From: Callorhinchus milii
Taxonomy: Eukaryota
NCBI RefSeq assembly: GCF_018977255.1
Contig: NW_024704742.1
Coordinates: 95,048,001-95,112,000, forward strand
Length of the DNA: 64,000 bases
Direction: 5' to 3'
Shown here: piece after piece, positions 1-12,300 of the stretch
Numbering within the stretch: the first letter of the stretch is position 1
Layout of the letters: each line of letters starts with the position of its first letter
Position numbers and translations under genes: made by a program
Notes under the pieces: model-generated
Database searches by the model: none
Told to the model about the DNA's origin: nothing
The model's input: the letters and a program-made list of their open reading frames with translations, nothing else

Positions 1-142
1 TCTTCAAAGGTATCTGTTACAGGCTTCCGTGACAATCGATATGGATAACTTGTGATAGTTATAGATTGAGGTAAATAATTGCAGGTAGAACTTCAAATAT
101 ATACAAGTCTAAATACATCATTTGTGGGTTTTATTTTTGCAG

Positions 143-332
143 GCTACTTTACAATGGTGATTGCAGCATGCATTTTGAACTTCAACAGGGCCCTACCTCT
201 CCTTGTGTTAACCTTACTTGGCTTGTTTTTTTACTTCTGGGATACGTTTGTTGCAAAGTTTGAAGACAATATAGTTGAGGCCTTTGTTCCCTGTGACAAT
301 TTCATCAAGAAGCAATGGTACTGGTTAAAATG
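143..332 (+). CDS. SLC28A3: SLC28A3 exon ([10 protein letters not shown]...QWYWLKW)
   Basis: ttttgcag acceptor, tg|gtgagt donor; matches CNT3 N-terminal TM segment. Confidence 0.95.
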
Positions 333-3300
333 GTGAGTAAAGTGTCCATTTGCTTTGGAGTTATTCTGGGGCAATAATATTGGCTGAGAATTGACATATC
401 TATCTTTGATTTTATCGTTGATTAAACTACAAATAACTTTAAAATAGTCATTAAGGTGGCACAAAGCAAGACTGTGCAACCCCATAAAATAATGTTGCAT
501 TGTGAACAAGTATCAAAAAGGTGTATTATTTAGTCATCGGTGCAACAGTGAATATTTTTTGAAGAGGGGAAGATTTGAACTTTGCTGTTCCTCTGTGAGG
601 TATAATTCTATCTGGTAGCACAGTTAAAAATGGGTGAAACTTGATCAATGACGCCCGGCACATTCAAATAAAAGTCAAAACTGATTTGAAACTTGCATTC
701 CTGCAGAACAACAACAACAACAAAATTACATTTATATAGCGCCTTTCATGTCGGGAGGACGTTCCAAGGCGCTGGACAGACAGAGTTGCAGACCCGAGCT
801 GAGGGTTGGGGTGGGGGAAGGGAAAGGGCAGGGGCAAAGCAGGGAGTCGAATGCATGGTCGAAGAGGAGGGTCTTAAGATGGGTCTTGAAGGTGGCGAGG
901 GAGTGGGTGAGACAGAGGGACTTCGGGATGGAGTTCCAGAGGGTGGGTGTAGAGTGGTGGAAGGCCCGCCCGCCGATAGTGGGGTGAGCAAGGCGGGGTA
1001 CATGAAGCAGGTCAAAGCCTTCTGAACGCAGGGAGCGAACATGGTGGTAGGGGGTTAGGAGGTCGGAGAGGTAGGGGGGAGCAAGACCATGGAGGACTTT
1101 GAAGGTAAGGACCAGGATCTTGAACTGTATCCTCTGTGTAATGGGAAGCCAGTGGAGTTGGGCAAGGATAATAATAATAAATAATAATCCTTGCATTTGA
1201 TATAGTGCTTTTCATGTCTTCTAGACATCTCAAAGCACTTCACAGAATATGTAAAGTGAATTGACTGTATATTTGTGGGCGAAACGCGGTAGCCAATTGC
1301 GCACAGCAGTGTCCCACAAACAGTCGTGGATTGCAAATGACCAATTTATTATTGTTTTGTTTTGGAGGGATTATTATTAGGTGTGTGGCGTAAGGAAACT
1401 TGCCCAAGGTTTCGCCCTGCCTGGAACTGAACCCAGGTGGCTTGCTTGCAAGGCAAGTGCTCTAACCACTGAGCTATAGGACTCCACAATGGGGGTCCTA
1501 CAGATTGGGGTGATAGGGTGATAGGGTCGCGGAGCCTAGTGCGGGAGAGGACGCGGGCTGCAGAGTTCTAGATGATCTGCAGCCTGTGGCGCAAGGAGTT
1601 GGGGAGGCCGACAAGCAGTGAATTTGTATCATCGAGCCCCGATGTCATGAGGCGTGTATGAGGGTTTCGGAGGCCTGCGGCGTGAGACAGTGGCGGAGCC
1701 GGGCGAGGTTGCCAAGGTGGGGAAGGCAGAGCGGGTTATGGCGTAGATGTGGGGGTAGAAAGGATAGTTAAGGGTCAAACAAGATCCTAAGGTTCCAGAC
1801 TGGCTCAGCAAGGTGGAGTGTGCAACCATGGGCTGTGATGCAGTCAGTCGGAGGCGCTCACAGGAGCCAATCAAGAGAGCCTCGGACTTGTTGATGATCA
1901 ACTGAAGAAAGTTAGCTCTCATCCATTGGAGTTAATGGATCCTAACTCTATTTAATGTAACTTTCCAACTCAGCACACATTTTGAGGTCTCAGTGTCATA
2001 TGTTTGAGGTACTCAGTGCACATATTTCGTGTGGTATTATGTAAAGTGTCAGTTAAAACACATACAATTCAATGTGATGGTTTGAAGTAAAAAAAAACTT
2101 GCTCAATCTGTGTTTTGTCTCAGGGTGATTTATCTGACTTTGGTTGTAGCTGTGTTGTGTTGGCTTGTACTGGACACAGCCAAGCTAGGTGTCAGCCAAC
2201 TTATCTCCTGTGGAGGGCTTGTAATGTATATTTGCCTCGTGTTCATTTTCTCCAAATATCCAACAAAGGTAAAGCCAGTTCATTATTTTTCCTGCGAATG
2301 TTAACTAAATGAAGTATTTTTAAACAATAGATTTCTATCGCATCCTGTCACATACTCTCCAGTTTATTACTACATAACATTTTGACAGCTCTCAATTTTA
2401 CTTTGGCAATGTGTGACTTAAGAGCACAGTACCTTTCTCACATCTCTCTACCAACTGGCTACTGTACAAATGAAAGTGTAATAATAATATTCCTTGAATG
2501 TGATATATAGCACCTTACAAGGTCGTCGAGATGCTCCAAAGCGCTTCACAGGACTTACTGTAAAATGTAGAAACTTTTTTTTGTTTTTTAAAGACAGTAA
2601 CAGTGAGTGAGATACCAACATGCTAGCAAGTCGGGTAATTTTACTAAATAGTTTTGCAGTAAACTCATCAAAAAGTTGTGTTGTTCTGAATTTAGGCCAT
2701 CTAAATAGTTCTTTATTGTAATCTTCAGCCTTGACTAGGTTTGGTGATTTCTCAATGCCTCTTCCTCTCTTGTTTGTCCTAATAATAATAATCCTTACAT
2801 TTGATATAGCGCATTTCACATCTTCTAGACGTCTCAAAGTGCTTCACAGAATATACTGTAAAATGAATTGACTGGATATTTGTGGGCAAAACACGGCAGC
2901 CAATTTTGGATTGAAGTGACCAATATTTATTATTGTTTTTTTTCTTGAGGGATTATTATCAGACATGTGGAGTAAGGAAACTTGCCCAAGATTTCCTTAC
3001 TCCAGGAAATCGAACAGGAATCGAACCCAGGTCTCTCGCTTGTGAGGCGAGTGCTCTAACCACTAAGCTACAGGACTCCACAGGAGTCACTGAGCTACAG
3101 GACTAAGGTGCAAATTCCTTTGTACTTCCACTTGTTTATCCCTGTAACCTTCATGTGATGAAATCTAGCCTTGAAGTAACTCATACTCTAACGTAATATT
3201 CTAACTTTCACAGGATTTCAAAATTGTACAACTCTTCACTCCTCAACCTTTCTTCCATCCTTCAATTTTAGGTTTTCTTTATTTAACATTCTTTTCTCCT

Positions 3301-6300
3301 ACTCTTTTTAACCTTCCTGGTGTCTTATGCTTTGGCTTTTGTTCCTTCAATTAGGTTGCTCAGAGTAAAAGAACAGATTTGGGTGTTGAAGGTGGGAGTG
3401 CCCAGAACTCTTTAGCACAGTGTGGTAACTTAATAAATTTGTTCACTTTTAAATCGCATTTCTTCCCACACTCTTTTCTACTTACTTGGGATCCCACTAC
3501 TTTCCTGAGATACTGTCTGGCCAAAGCTATTAATAATCTGTGAGGTTAATTAAACTTTGCACCACATCCAGTGCTGAGAATATGCAAATAGTTACCGTTT
3601 TCTATCTTAACTAACACTTTACTGTGAAGCATTTTGGGACATTTCATCAATGTACAGGGTTATCAAAAAGTTGTGTTCCCATTACAATGTTCAATAAGTC
3701 TCAAAGATATAGTGATTTTTTAGATAATAGGATAGTTATCACGACTTTTTGGTCACACTGTACAAAATTTACAGTCAAATCACTTTACAGTCTATTCTGT
3801 GAAGCGCTTTGAGATGCCTCGAAGACGTGATAAGGTGTTACATCAAAATGCAAGGATTATTATTATTATTAATGTGATAAGGTGCTATATTAGATGTAAG
3901 GGATATTATTAATAATAGTCACAAAACAATAACTTGTGATTTTGTGCAATATGCAGACATTTATATTTTTTCTGGGTATTTTGTGCTTAATCTAAAAGCT
4001 AAATATTGTTGTCTCCCATTAGTAGTATCAAGCTCACTCTCTGCAACTAACATTAAGATGACAGTTGTAGACATACATTAATGAGTTTTTACTTGGAACA
4101 TGTCTAGGTGCCTTGGAGGACTGTATTCTGGGGATTGGGTTTACAGTTTATCCTTGGAATTGTCTGTCTGAGAACACAAGTGGGATTCAATGTATTCAAC
4201 TGGTTGGGGTCTCAAGTTCAGGTATGTGAAAGAGAATGACTAAATCATTTCCAAAAGCCCTTAAAAGACAAATGCTTTTTTCAAAATATTTATGGGACTT
4301 ATTGTCCCAACTCAGGTGCAAACCCTTCACTGTCCAACGCCTTGGGATGTCTTCCTGATGTGAAAGACATCATATAAATACAATTTGTTATTATTGTTGA
4401 GATTACACTATGATCAAATGTGGAATTTCCATTTATAAAACGTCTCGGTTAAATACTGCAATTTGATATTGATAAGCCATGGCTGTCAAGACCCTTGGCA
4501 TGTCCTCTTGATGTGAAAGACACCATATAAATGTAAAATTGCATTGTACTTGCTCCATGTTCCCTACCCTGTCCACCCCACCATCGGCAGTCGGACCTTC
4601 AGCCTTTCTGATCCCAACCCCAGGTTCAGGTGCAAAAATCCTTGATAGTCCAGCACCTTGGGATGTCCTTCCGACCTGAAAGGCGCTATGCAAATTTGTT
4701 GTTGTTGCCTTTTAACGAGGCACAGTGAAAAAGTATTTGTAATTTGGGGGGCTATTGAGGAGAGAGAAAATATTTGGTGACATAAATGTACAAATGACTT
4801 AGTGAAAGATTTGGATGGCATTTTTACATCATTGTGGGAAACAAAAATTGTTTGCTCAACACTGCTTCATGAGACTGCAGGATGGGCTGGCCTTTTGTAT
4901 TGGGGTGATGTTTTGGTATATTCCATGTAACTAATTCATACTTTTATCTTGTTACAGTTTTTTTTGCAATATACAGACGCCGGTTCAAAATTTGTATTTG
5001 GTGATGCATTCACACATCACTATATTGCATTTAAGGTCAGTACAAAAAATAAACGTTTAAATATTTGATGCTTAAAAAGTTCTGGTGGTACCATAGTTGA
5101 GAAAGAATTGAGTAACACTTTAATGTTCCCATTTAATCACTAGGTCCTCCCAATAGTGATCTTTTTCAGCACAGTGATTTCCATACTGTATTATATTGGA
5201 TTCATGCAGTGGCTTATTATGAAGGTAAGTTGTGAGCAGCTTTGAATTCTTATTAAAAGTCTTATTATTACCTTTCTAATGGTCAAGTACAAAGCCCACT
5301 TTTAACACAGCGAAAAGAACTGTACACAGTAATCTAGGTGCAGCCTGATTGGACCATATACACCTTAAGCTTGACTTGGCAATATAGCCCAGCAACCCAT
5401 TTGTCTTGTTTATCTTTGTTTCAACTTTTGAGCAATGAGTTAACAAACACCTCTTTCAACTTCCCAAGCTTTCCTGAAGCTGATAGAATAAATTAAACTT
5501 ATTGGCATTAATATTAGAAACTTAAAGTAAGACCAGCAGTACACAAATAATTTTCAAAATGGATGCTTTAAGTTAGTTAATCATGGGGGTGCTGGATAGC
5601 CAATTAGAAATTTCCAATATAGCCATATAGTCCATATAGCCAGTCCACCACTTCCAAGCACAGGGCTAGTACCACAGCATCATTGTTAATCTGCCACTGT
5701 TTCCTATCTCCAACCACCCTCCACTTGCCAGTAACGAGCCAAGCAACAACAACAACAACAACTTGCACTTATATAGTGCCCTCCACACAGGGTAGCGTCT
5801 CAGAGGGCATAACAGTTGCGGAGCCTGTCTATGAGTCAGGGGGTGGGGGGCAGGAGATGGCCGTAAGCACAGTTGAAGAGGAAGGTATTCAGGCAGGACT
5901 TGAAAAAGGGGAGAGAGGGGGCAAGGCGGAGGGATTGAGGGAGAGTGTTCCAGAGTTTTGGGGTGCAGTGGCTGAAAGCGTGAGGAACGAGCAGGAGGCC
6001 ATTGTCAGTCGACCGGAGGCGCCGGGTGGTGGATTGGGGAGTGAGGATGTTGGAGAGGTAGGGAGCTGTCAGAGAGTGAAGGGATTTGAACATGTGTGTG
6101 AGGTTCTTTAAGTCGATCCATTCGGTGATGGGGAGGCAGTGGAGCCTGGCCAGAACTGGTGAGATGGGGGTATGGAGTTTGGTCCGGGTCAGTATTGGGC
6201 AGCAGAGTTCTGAATGAGCTGGAACCTTTTCAACAGTGGAGCTGGGGAGACCGGTGAGGAGTGTGTTTGAGTAATCCAATCGCCGAAGCCCTGAGGTTGC

Positions 6301-9300
6301 CGGCTCCCATTGATCAGTTCCCCGCAGCGTAGGTGTCACTCAAGGCCACCCGTTGGTGGAGTGCACCAGAAAAGGGGGATTGAGGGGAAAGACAGGATTT
6401 ACTATGTATCCTTATTAAGGACCGCTGAAAAAGCCCCTCCCAAGCGTGGGTCTGGGGGCATTGTTAATCCGCCTGGCTATTCAGATGAATGTTAAAAATC
6501 CATGGCACTATTGAAAAACAGAAGGGAATTTTTTCTGGTGTCCTGACCAACAATCCCCCTGCAAAAATTGGTTATTTATTTCCTGGCTTTTTTCTGAGAC
6601 ATTGCTGAGCGCAAACTGGCTACTGCAATTACTAGCCTCTGTAGTAAATCCTGTGAAGCACTTTGAGACATTCTGCTGATATAAAAGGCACTATACCCCA
6701 GCATCCTAACAAAATTGGATTCTACTTATTCTCATAGATTATTTGTCAGAGAAAATTGTGCAATTAACAAAGATTTGCAAATAGCCGCAAAGATAAATTT
6801 GCAAGGATCAAGACTCTGGGAACTATGGTCAGCAATAAAATAAAATCCCAGGAAAGTCAATAAAACCCTAAAATATTTGAAATGTGTGCATGAAATATTT
6901 AAGGGATTAGTGAATGTACTTTAGATTTGGTTACACTCAAGTGATTTTACTTAAGACACAATTCCAATTTATTTGATAAAAATCAGTATTTGTCAGGTTT
7001 TCATTATAAAGCATTGCGACACGTTACCCTGGCCAATGTGAAGGTTGCTGTATAAGTGCATGTTGTTGTTGGTACCTCTCCAACCTGCTGACACCCATCC
7101 CCTCTACCCTCCCCTTCGCTCAGCTGGCTCCGACCTCCTGCACATTCTTTGTCCCCTCTGTTCCACCAACAGCAGGTATGCTTTCAGCCACTCCACACAA
7201 AGACTCTGGAACTCTCTGCCTCAGTTCGTCCACCTTGCCCCCTCCTTGTCCGTCTTCAGATCACTTCTGGAGACCTTCCTCTTGACCAATCTATGGTCAC
7301 TGCCCTCTCTCCCTGGCTTAGCGTCAAGCTTCTCCACTATTAAGTGCTCCGAGACAGTACGCCACATGAAGGGCACTGTATAAATGCAAGTTGTTGTCAT
7401 AGGCAGTGGGTGGCTAGCGCGAGAGGAAGCTCAGTTCCCTTCAAAAATATGGATGACTGCTACCACCACCCCCCCCCCGAACCCCCACAATTCTCACTCC
7501 ACAGGCTCCGTACCAATCTTAAAGATGGCTGTTCCCCTCCTTCCTCCGCACCATGCAGACACTGTACCAGCCTTAAAGATGCCCTCCACCTTCCTCACTG
7601 TGCAGACTTCAATGGATCTTGGAGTCTGTGGGATGATGACAATGGAGGCAGCCATCTTTAAAGCTTGCAAGGAGCATTGCACACTGAGGAGGTGGGAGCG
7701 GGAGGTAGCCATTTTTGATACTGAGGCTGCGAGTGTCTAAAAGGGGTCGAATACTCAGCGCCCCCCCACACCCCCACCTGGCAAAAAATATTTTCTCCCA
7801 ACTCCTGTGGTGAATCTTAGTAAGAATTCCCAAAGCTAACTATTATTGTCTGTTTTATGTATTTTCTATTGTTTCAAACGTCAAAAATGGTCAAACTCTA
7901 GGTTACAAAGTCCATACAGAAGACTGACAATCTTAAAACCCAGAAATTGACCATTTTTGTAGTTCAAAAGAAAACAAAAAATCTGGAAAAAGTAAGGTAA
8001 AATGTCAGTATAATCTGTTGAAAATTATTTTAAAAATCCGTAAACTAGTAACCCTCAATATAATCCATTACTCAACCAGATTGTCCACCTAAGTACAGTG
8101 TGATGCAAGTTATTGTCATGAGGTTTCCTATCCAAATATTAATGCATGGAAATCTGAGCTACCTTCAACATAGGACAGCAATTGTATCCAATTTCACTGA
8201 GTGAAACTAAATACTTTAATCTCAGCTCCTTGGAACATCCTCCTGATGGCGCTAATAAATGTAATTTGTCGTTGTTGTTGAAACTAAATAGGGATGTATC
8301 TTTACTGCTACAAAAAAAAAGGTTTCTGTCAGGAGAAAAGTGTCCAAAATATTTTTTCTTATTCTTACAATATTACAGCATCACAGTTTATTTTGCTGAA
8401 TGATACAGACCAGATTTTTAAAGGTTCAATTGATAGGAATGTCTTTGCAATAATATCCTGTGTTACTTTAGACTGATATTCCATTTCCATCAAGGTTGGC
8501 TGGCTCATGCATGTTACCATGGGAACGTCTCCGATGGAGTCAATGGTGGCAGCAGGAAGCATATTTGTGGGGTTGGTGAGTAGAACTAATCAGTCAGTGA
8601 TATCTACAAAGTTCACCCTAGTCTTTGTCATCCATCAGAATTAAAACACTATGTCCGAGCCACATGACTTTACACTTCAATCCCAAATCTGGCCAAGATA
8701 GTAAAACCAAGTCACTTTCCTCAAATGATAATGTCATATGTGGTTTCACTTTAGCTCCACAAACCATGAAACCAGGTACAATGGTCTTCCCTTCTTGTCA
8801 ATTTTCAGGGGACATTTTGACTTTTGTTGTTAATTCTGCCTGCCGCACCCAGTACACGTTGAATGCTCTTTATTCAAGTGAGAGCTTTAAGAGTAAGTAT
8901 TAGCAGGCTAGTCAACCAGTATAGTGTGATGGTGGATGCATTACAGCCTGTTCTCACAAACACACAATTTGCAGTGACTTGTAAATTATTTATTCAATTT
9001 TATATTTGTTTTTTGTGCTGTAATCTTGAGAATCCCAGTGCTTCCTGCTTCAGGAATCACTCTTTAACCAATTGGGCTGAGTGGCCTACTTCTGTGCCTT
9101 ATCACTCTGTATAACTCTATGACGAGCCTGAGAAGTGGAATATTACAAAAATCGAGGCCTACCCCAGTCGCTCATTGAGATGTGCTGACACCTAGTGGTT
9201 GATCAGTCTTTCAAATTAAATACATACGTAGTTTGCATTTAAATGAATGTCCCAGGTGTTAATTATTTGTATATATATATTAATATAATAATCCCTGCAT

Positions 9301-12300
9301 TTGATATAGCACTTTTCACGGCTTCTAGACATCTCAAAGTACTTCACAGAATATACTGTAAAGTGAATTGACTGTATACTTATGGGCGAAACACGGCAGC
9401 CATTTGCCCACAGCAGTGTCCCACAAACAGTCGTGGAATGAGTGACCAAATTATTATTGGTTTTTTTTTAGGGATTATTATTTCCGTAGAAGTGATCCGC
9501 CAATTGACTAACAACTTACTGCTACTTACTGGTTCCTACTTACTGCTAGGTAAACAGAGGCGTGTGGAGTAACAAAACTCAAACCCACATCTAACCATTG
9601 AGCTCCAGGACTCCATTACTTTTATTTAATTATGAAATGCCGCAAATTCAGATCTAATTTATTTTTTATGTGCAGTCAAATTATTTGTATGTTTACGTGC
9701 ACACGCAGACCGAAACCCCACTCTTGATTCGTCCGTACCTCTCAGATCTCACAAAATCTGAGATCCATGCTGTCATGACTGGTGGGTTTGCAACCATTGC
9801 TGGAACTGTCTTCGGGATCTTTATTTCATTTGGGGTGAGTGACCACAAATAATCGTTATTATCCATTTCTTTATAATCCTTACATTTGATACAACACCTT
9901 TCATGTCAGCAAGATGTCTCAAAGCATTTCACAGGATTTTAGTGTAGTGACAATATTTATAACCTTATGTTCAAGATTATACTATTGAACACAATCTGAC
10001 ATTATGTTCACTCGTAAAGGAAAGCTTGTGAGAAGCTTGCATCTGCATACCTCTGGCTCTGATTCCATCAATCTCCACAGCTGTTTACTCAGGCTGAACT
10101 TAGTGGTACACAACTTTAGTGATCTTCTTGATACTGCACCACATTAGATCCGTTGCTAAGATTGCCTTTACCCACCTCTAGAACAATCCCTAATCATGCC
10201 CTTCCCTCACCCCAGTGAAATCTTTATCCATGCTTTCCCCACCAGAAGGATAGTTTTCCAATGCTCTCCTTACCAGCCTTCTGATCTGCACTCTCCAAAG
10301 ACTTCAACTGATTCAAAACTCTGCAGTCCAAGTTTTCTCCCACACAAGAGTCTGCACACTCATTTCACCCCCAACCTTGCCTAACTCTTTTAGCTCCCAA
10401 TGCTTCAGAAAATGTAGTTTAATATATTTCTCCTGGTATTCAAATCCTTCTATCATACCTAGGTATTCTCCTCCAGCCCTGTTCCAACCTGCACACTCCT
10501 CATCCTGTCACTCTGGTCTATTCCTCACTCTCCACTGCACTATTGGTGTCCAAGTCTTCAGCTTCCATGTCCCTGTTATATGAGACTCTCTTCCAAAACC
10601 ACTTTGTCTTTCTACCCCTTCTCTGCCTTCCAAAGCATTAGTCTTTGGCCTTACCTTTGGTCAACATCTTTAAATATCCTGTTAACTTGTTCAGTATTCA
10701 TCATAATATTTGTTAAGTGTTCTCGAATATTTGTTCAGTGAAAGCCAACAACAGGCAAATTGTTCCTGAAAGCTAAAGAATGGATTCTGTTGAGACCTAA
10801 GCTTAGGTTTGTGGTAATACAAAGATGACAGTAAATTGTCAAAAAAAAACAGGCTGAAATGTACAAATAGACTATACTATTATCTTAAGGACCAGCAAAA
10901 TGTCTGATGTTTAAAATACAGGTTTCAGCCTCCCATCTGTTGACAGCCTCAGTGATGTCTGCTCCCGCTTCTCTGGCTGTTGCCAAACTCTTCTGGCCTG
11001 AAGTTGATCGCTCCAGAGTAGGACTCAAAACTGTTCTTAGTTTGGAAAAAGGGTAAGTTCCTCTTATTCCTCTCTTACAACTTACAACAATGAATGGCAT
11101 GAAGGCAGGAAGGTTATTAAGGCTATTAAGTAGGATCAGTGGGTTGTATCGCTCCATAAAGGAATACAACTGCACAATAACAATCTCTGGCTGAAGTCTG
11201 TTGTCAGTTATGGCTGGAGGGGTCATTCTGGGATGGTGCCAGTGTTACACAAGGCCGGTGCTTTACAATAGACCCAGAAGGGTATCCTTAGGGTTTGGAG
11301 GAAGCATTAAACGGAGTTGGCATCTGACCCAATAGGACATAGCAAGAATCCATCTGAATGGAGGGTGGAAGAGCTGGCGGGAAATGGGCCAAATAGATGG
11401 ACTTAATGGCTCAGTCTGCTGGAAGGAAGTGGACTCAGCACTGTGTCACCTTGCTAATGGTAAGGCATCAGGTGCAGACAGCATTAATGCCGAGTTCCTA
11501 AAAACTGCTCTGAGAGTGGCCACAGAGAACAGTGAGTGTCTTACAGAGCTAAGCCAGGAACCTAGACAAGTCAACACAGTGGTCACTGAGGCGAGCAATT
11601 CATTGGTGTTTCCCAACTGTCTCAAGACAGTCCTCCCGACATGAAAAGCACTATATAATACATGTAAGTTGTTGTTGTTTCAGAGTGTCATTGTGGGATC
11701 TATCCACAAGAAGAGTGATTTTAAGACTGGGAGCTACCAAGGAATCTTACCGATTTCAGTAGTTCTTCAGGTAGTCACTGCACTTATACTGTATTGCATG
11801 ATTCCACCTATGTTTCATTCATCGATTTCCACAAGGTCTTCAACCCAATGCCTCATGAAGCACTTAGTGTATATGTATATAAGGGATCCTGTAGCTCAGT
11901 GTTTACAGCACTCACCTCGCAAGCAAGAGACCTGGGTTTGATTCTCGGCAAACAAAACCTTGGGTAAGTTTCCTTACTCCACATGCCTTCCGTTTCCATT
12001 TTCTTTAGTGTTTCTTTTAATATTTCTTTCATGGCTGCTGATACCCTTCTGAGGAGTTGTATCATATGTTGTAACTTTTAATCTTACTTCAAACTCTTTC
12101 ATTAACCATCTCTTTACAAAACCCTTCCTGTATTTTTTTCAATACGTCTTCACTTTCTAGTGATGCAGTTTTTAAGCATTCCCATTTTGATTATTTCTGG
12201 GAGTCCAATCAATGTTTCTGCTCTGGTTTTCTCAATGTCAAATATTACTTTATGTGACTTGCTTTTATAGAGCAATAACAACAAGATTACATTTGTATAG

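Noticed and set aside
8492..8494. AAG acceptor as a sign of pseudogenisation
   Set aside because: AAG acceptors are uncommon but functional, and the exon length and phase fit the conserved gene structure.
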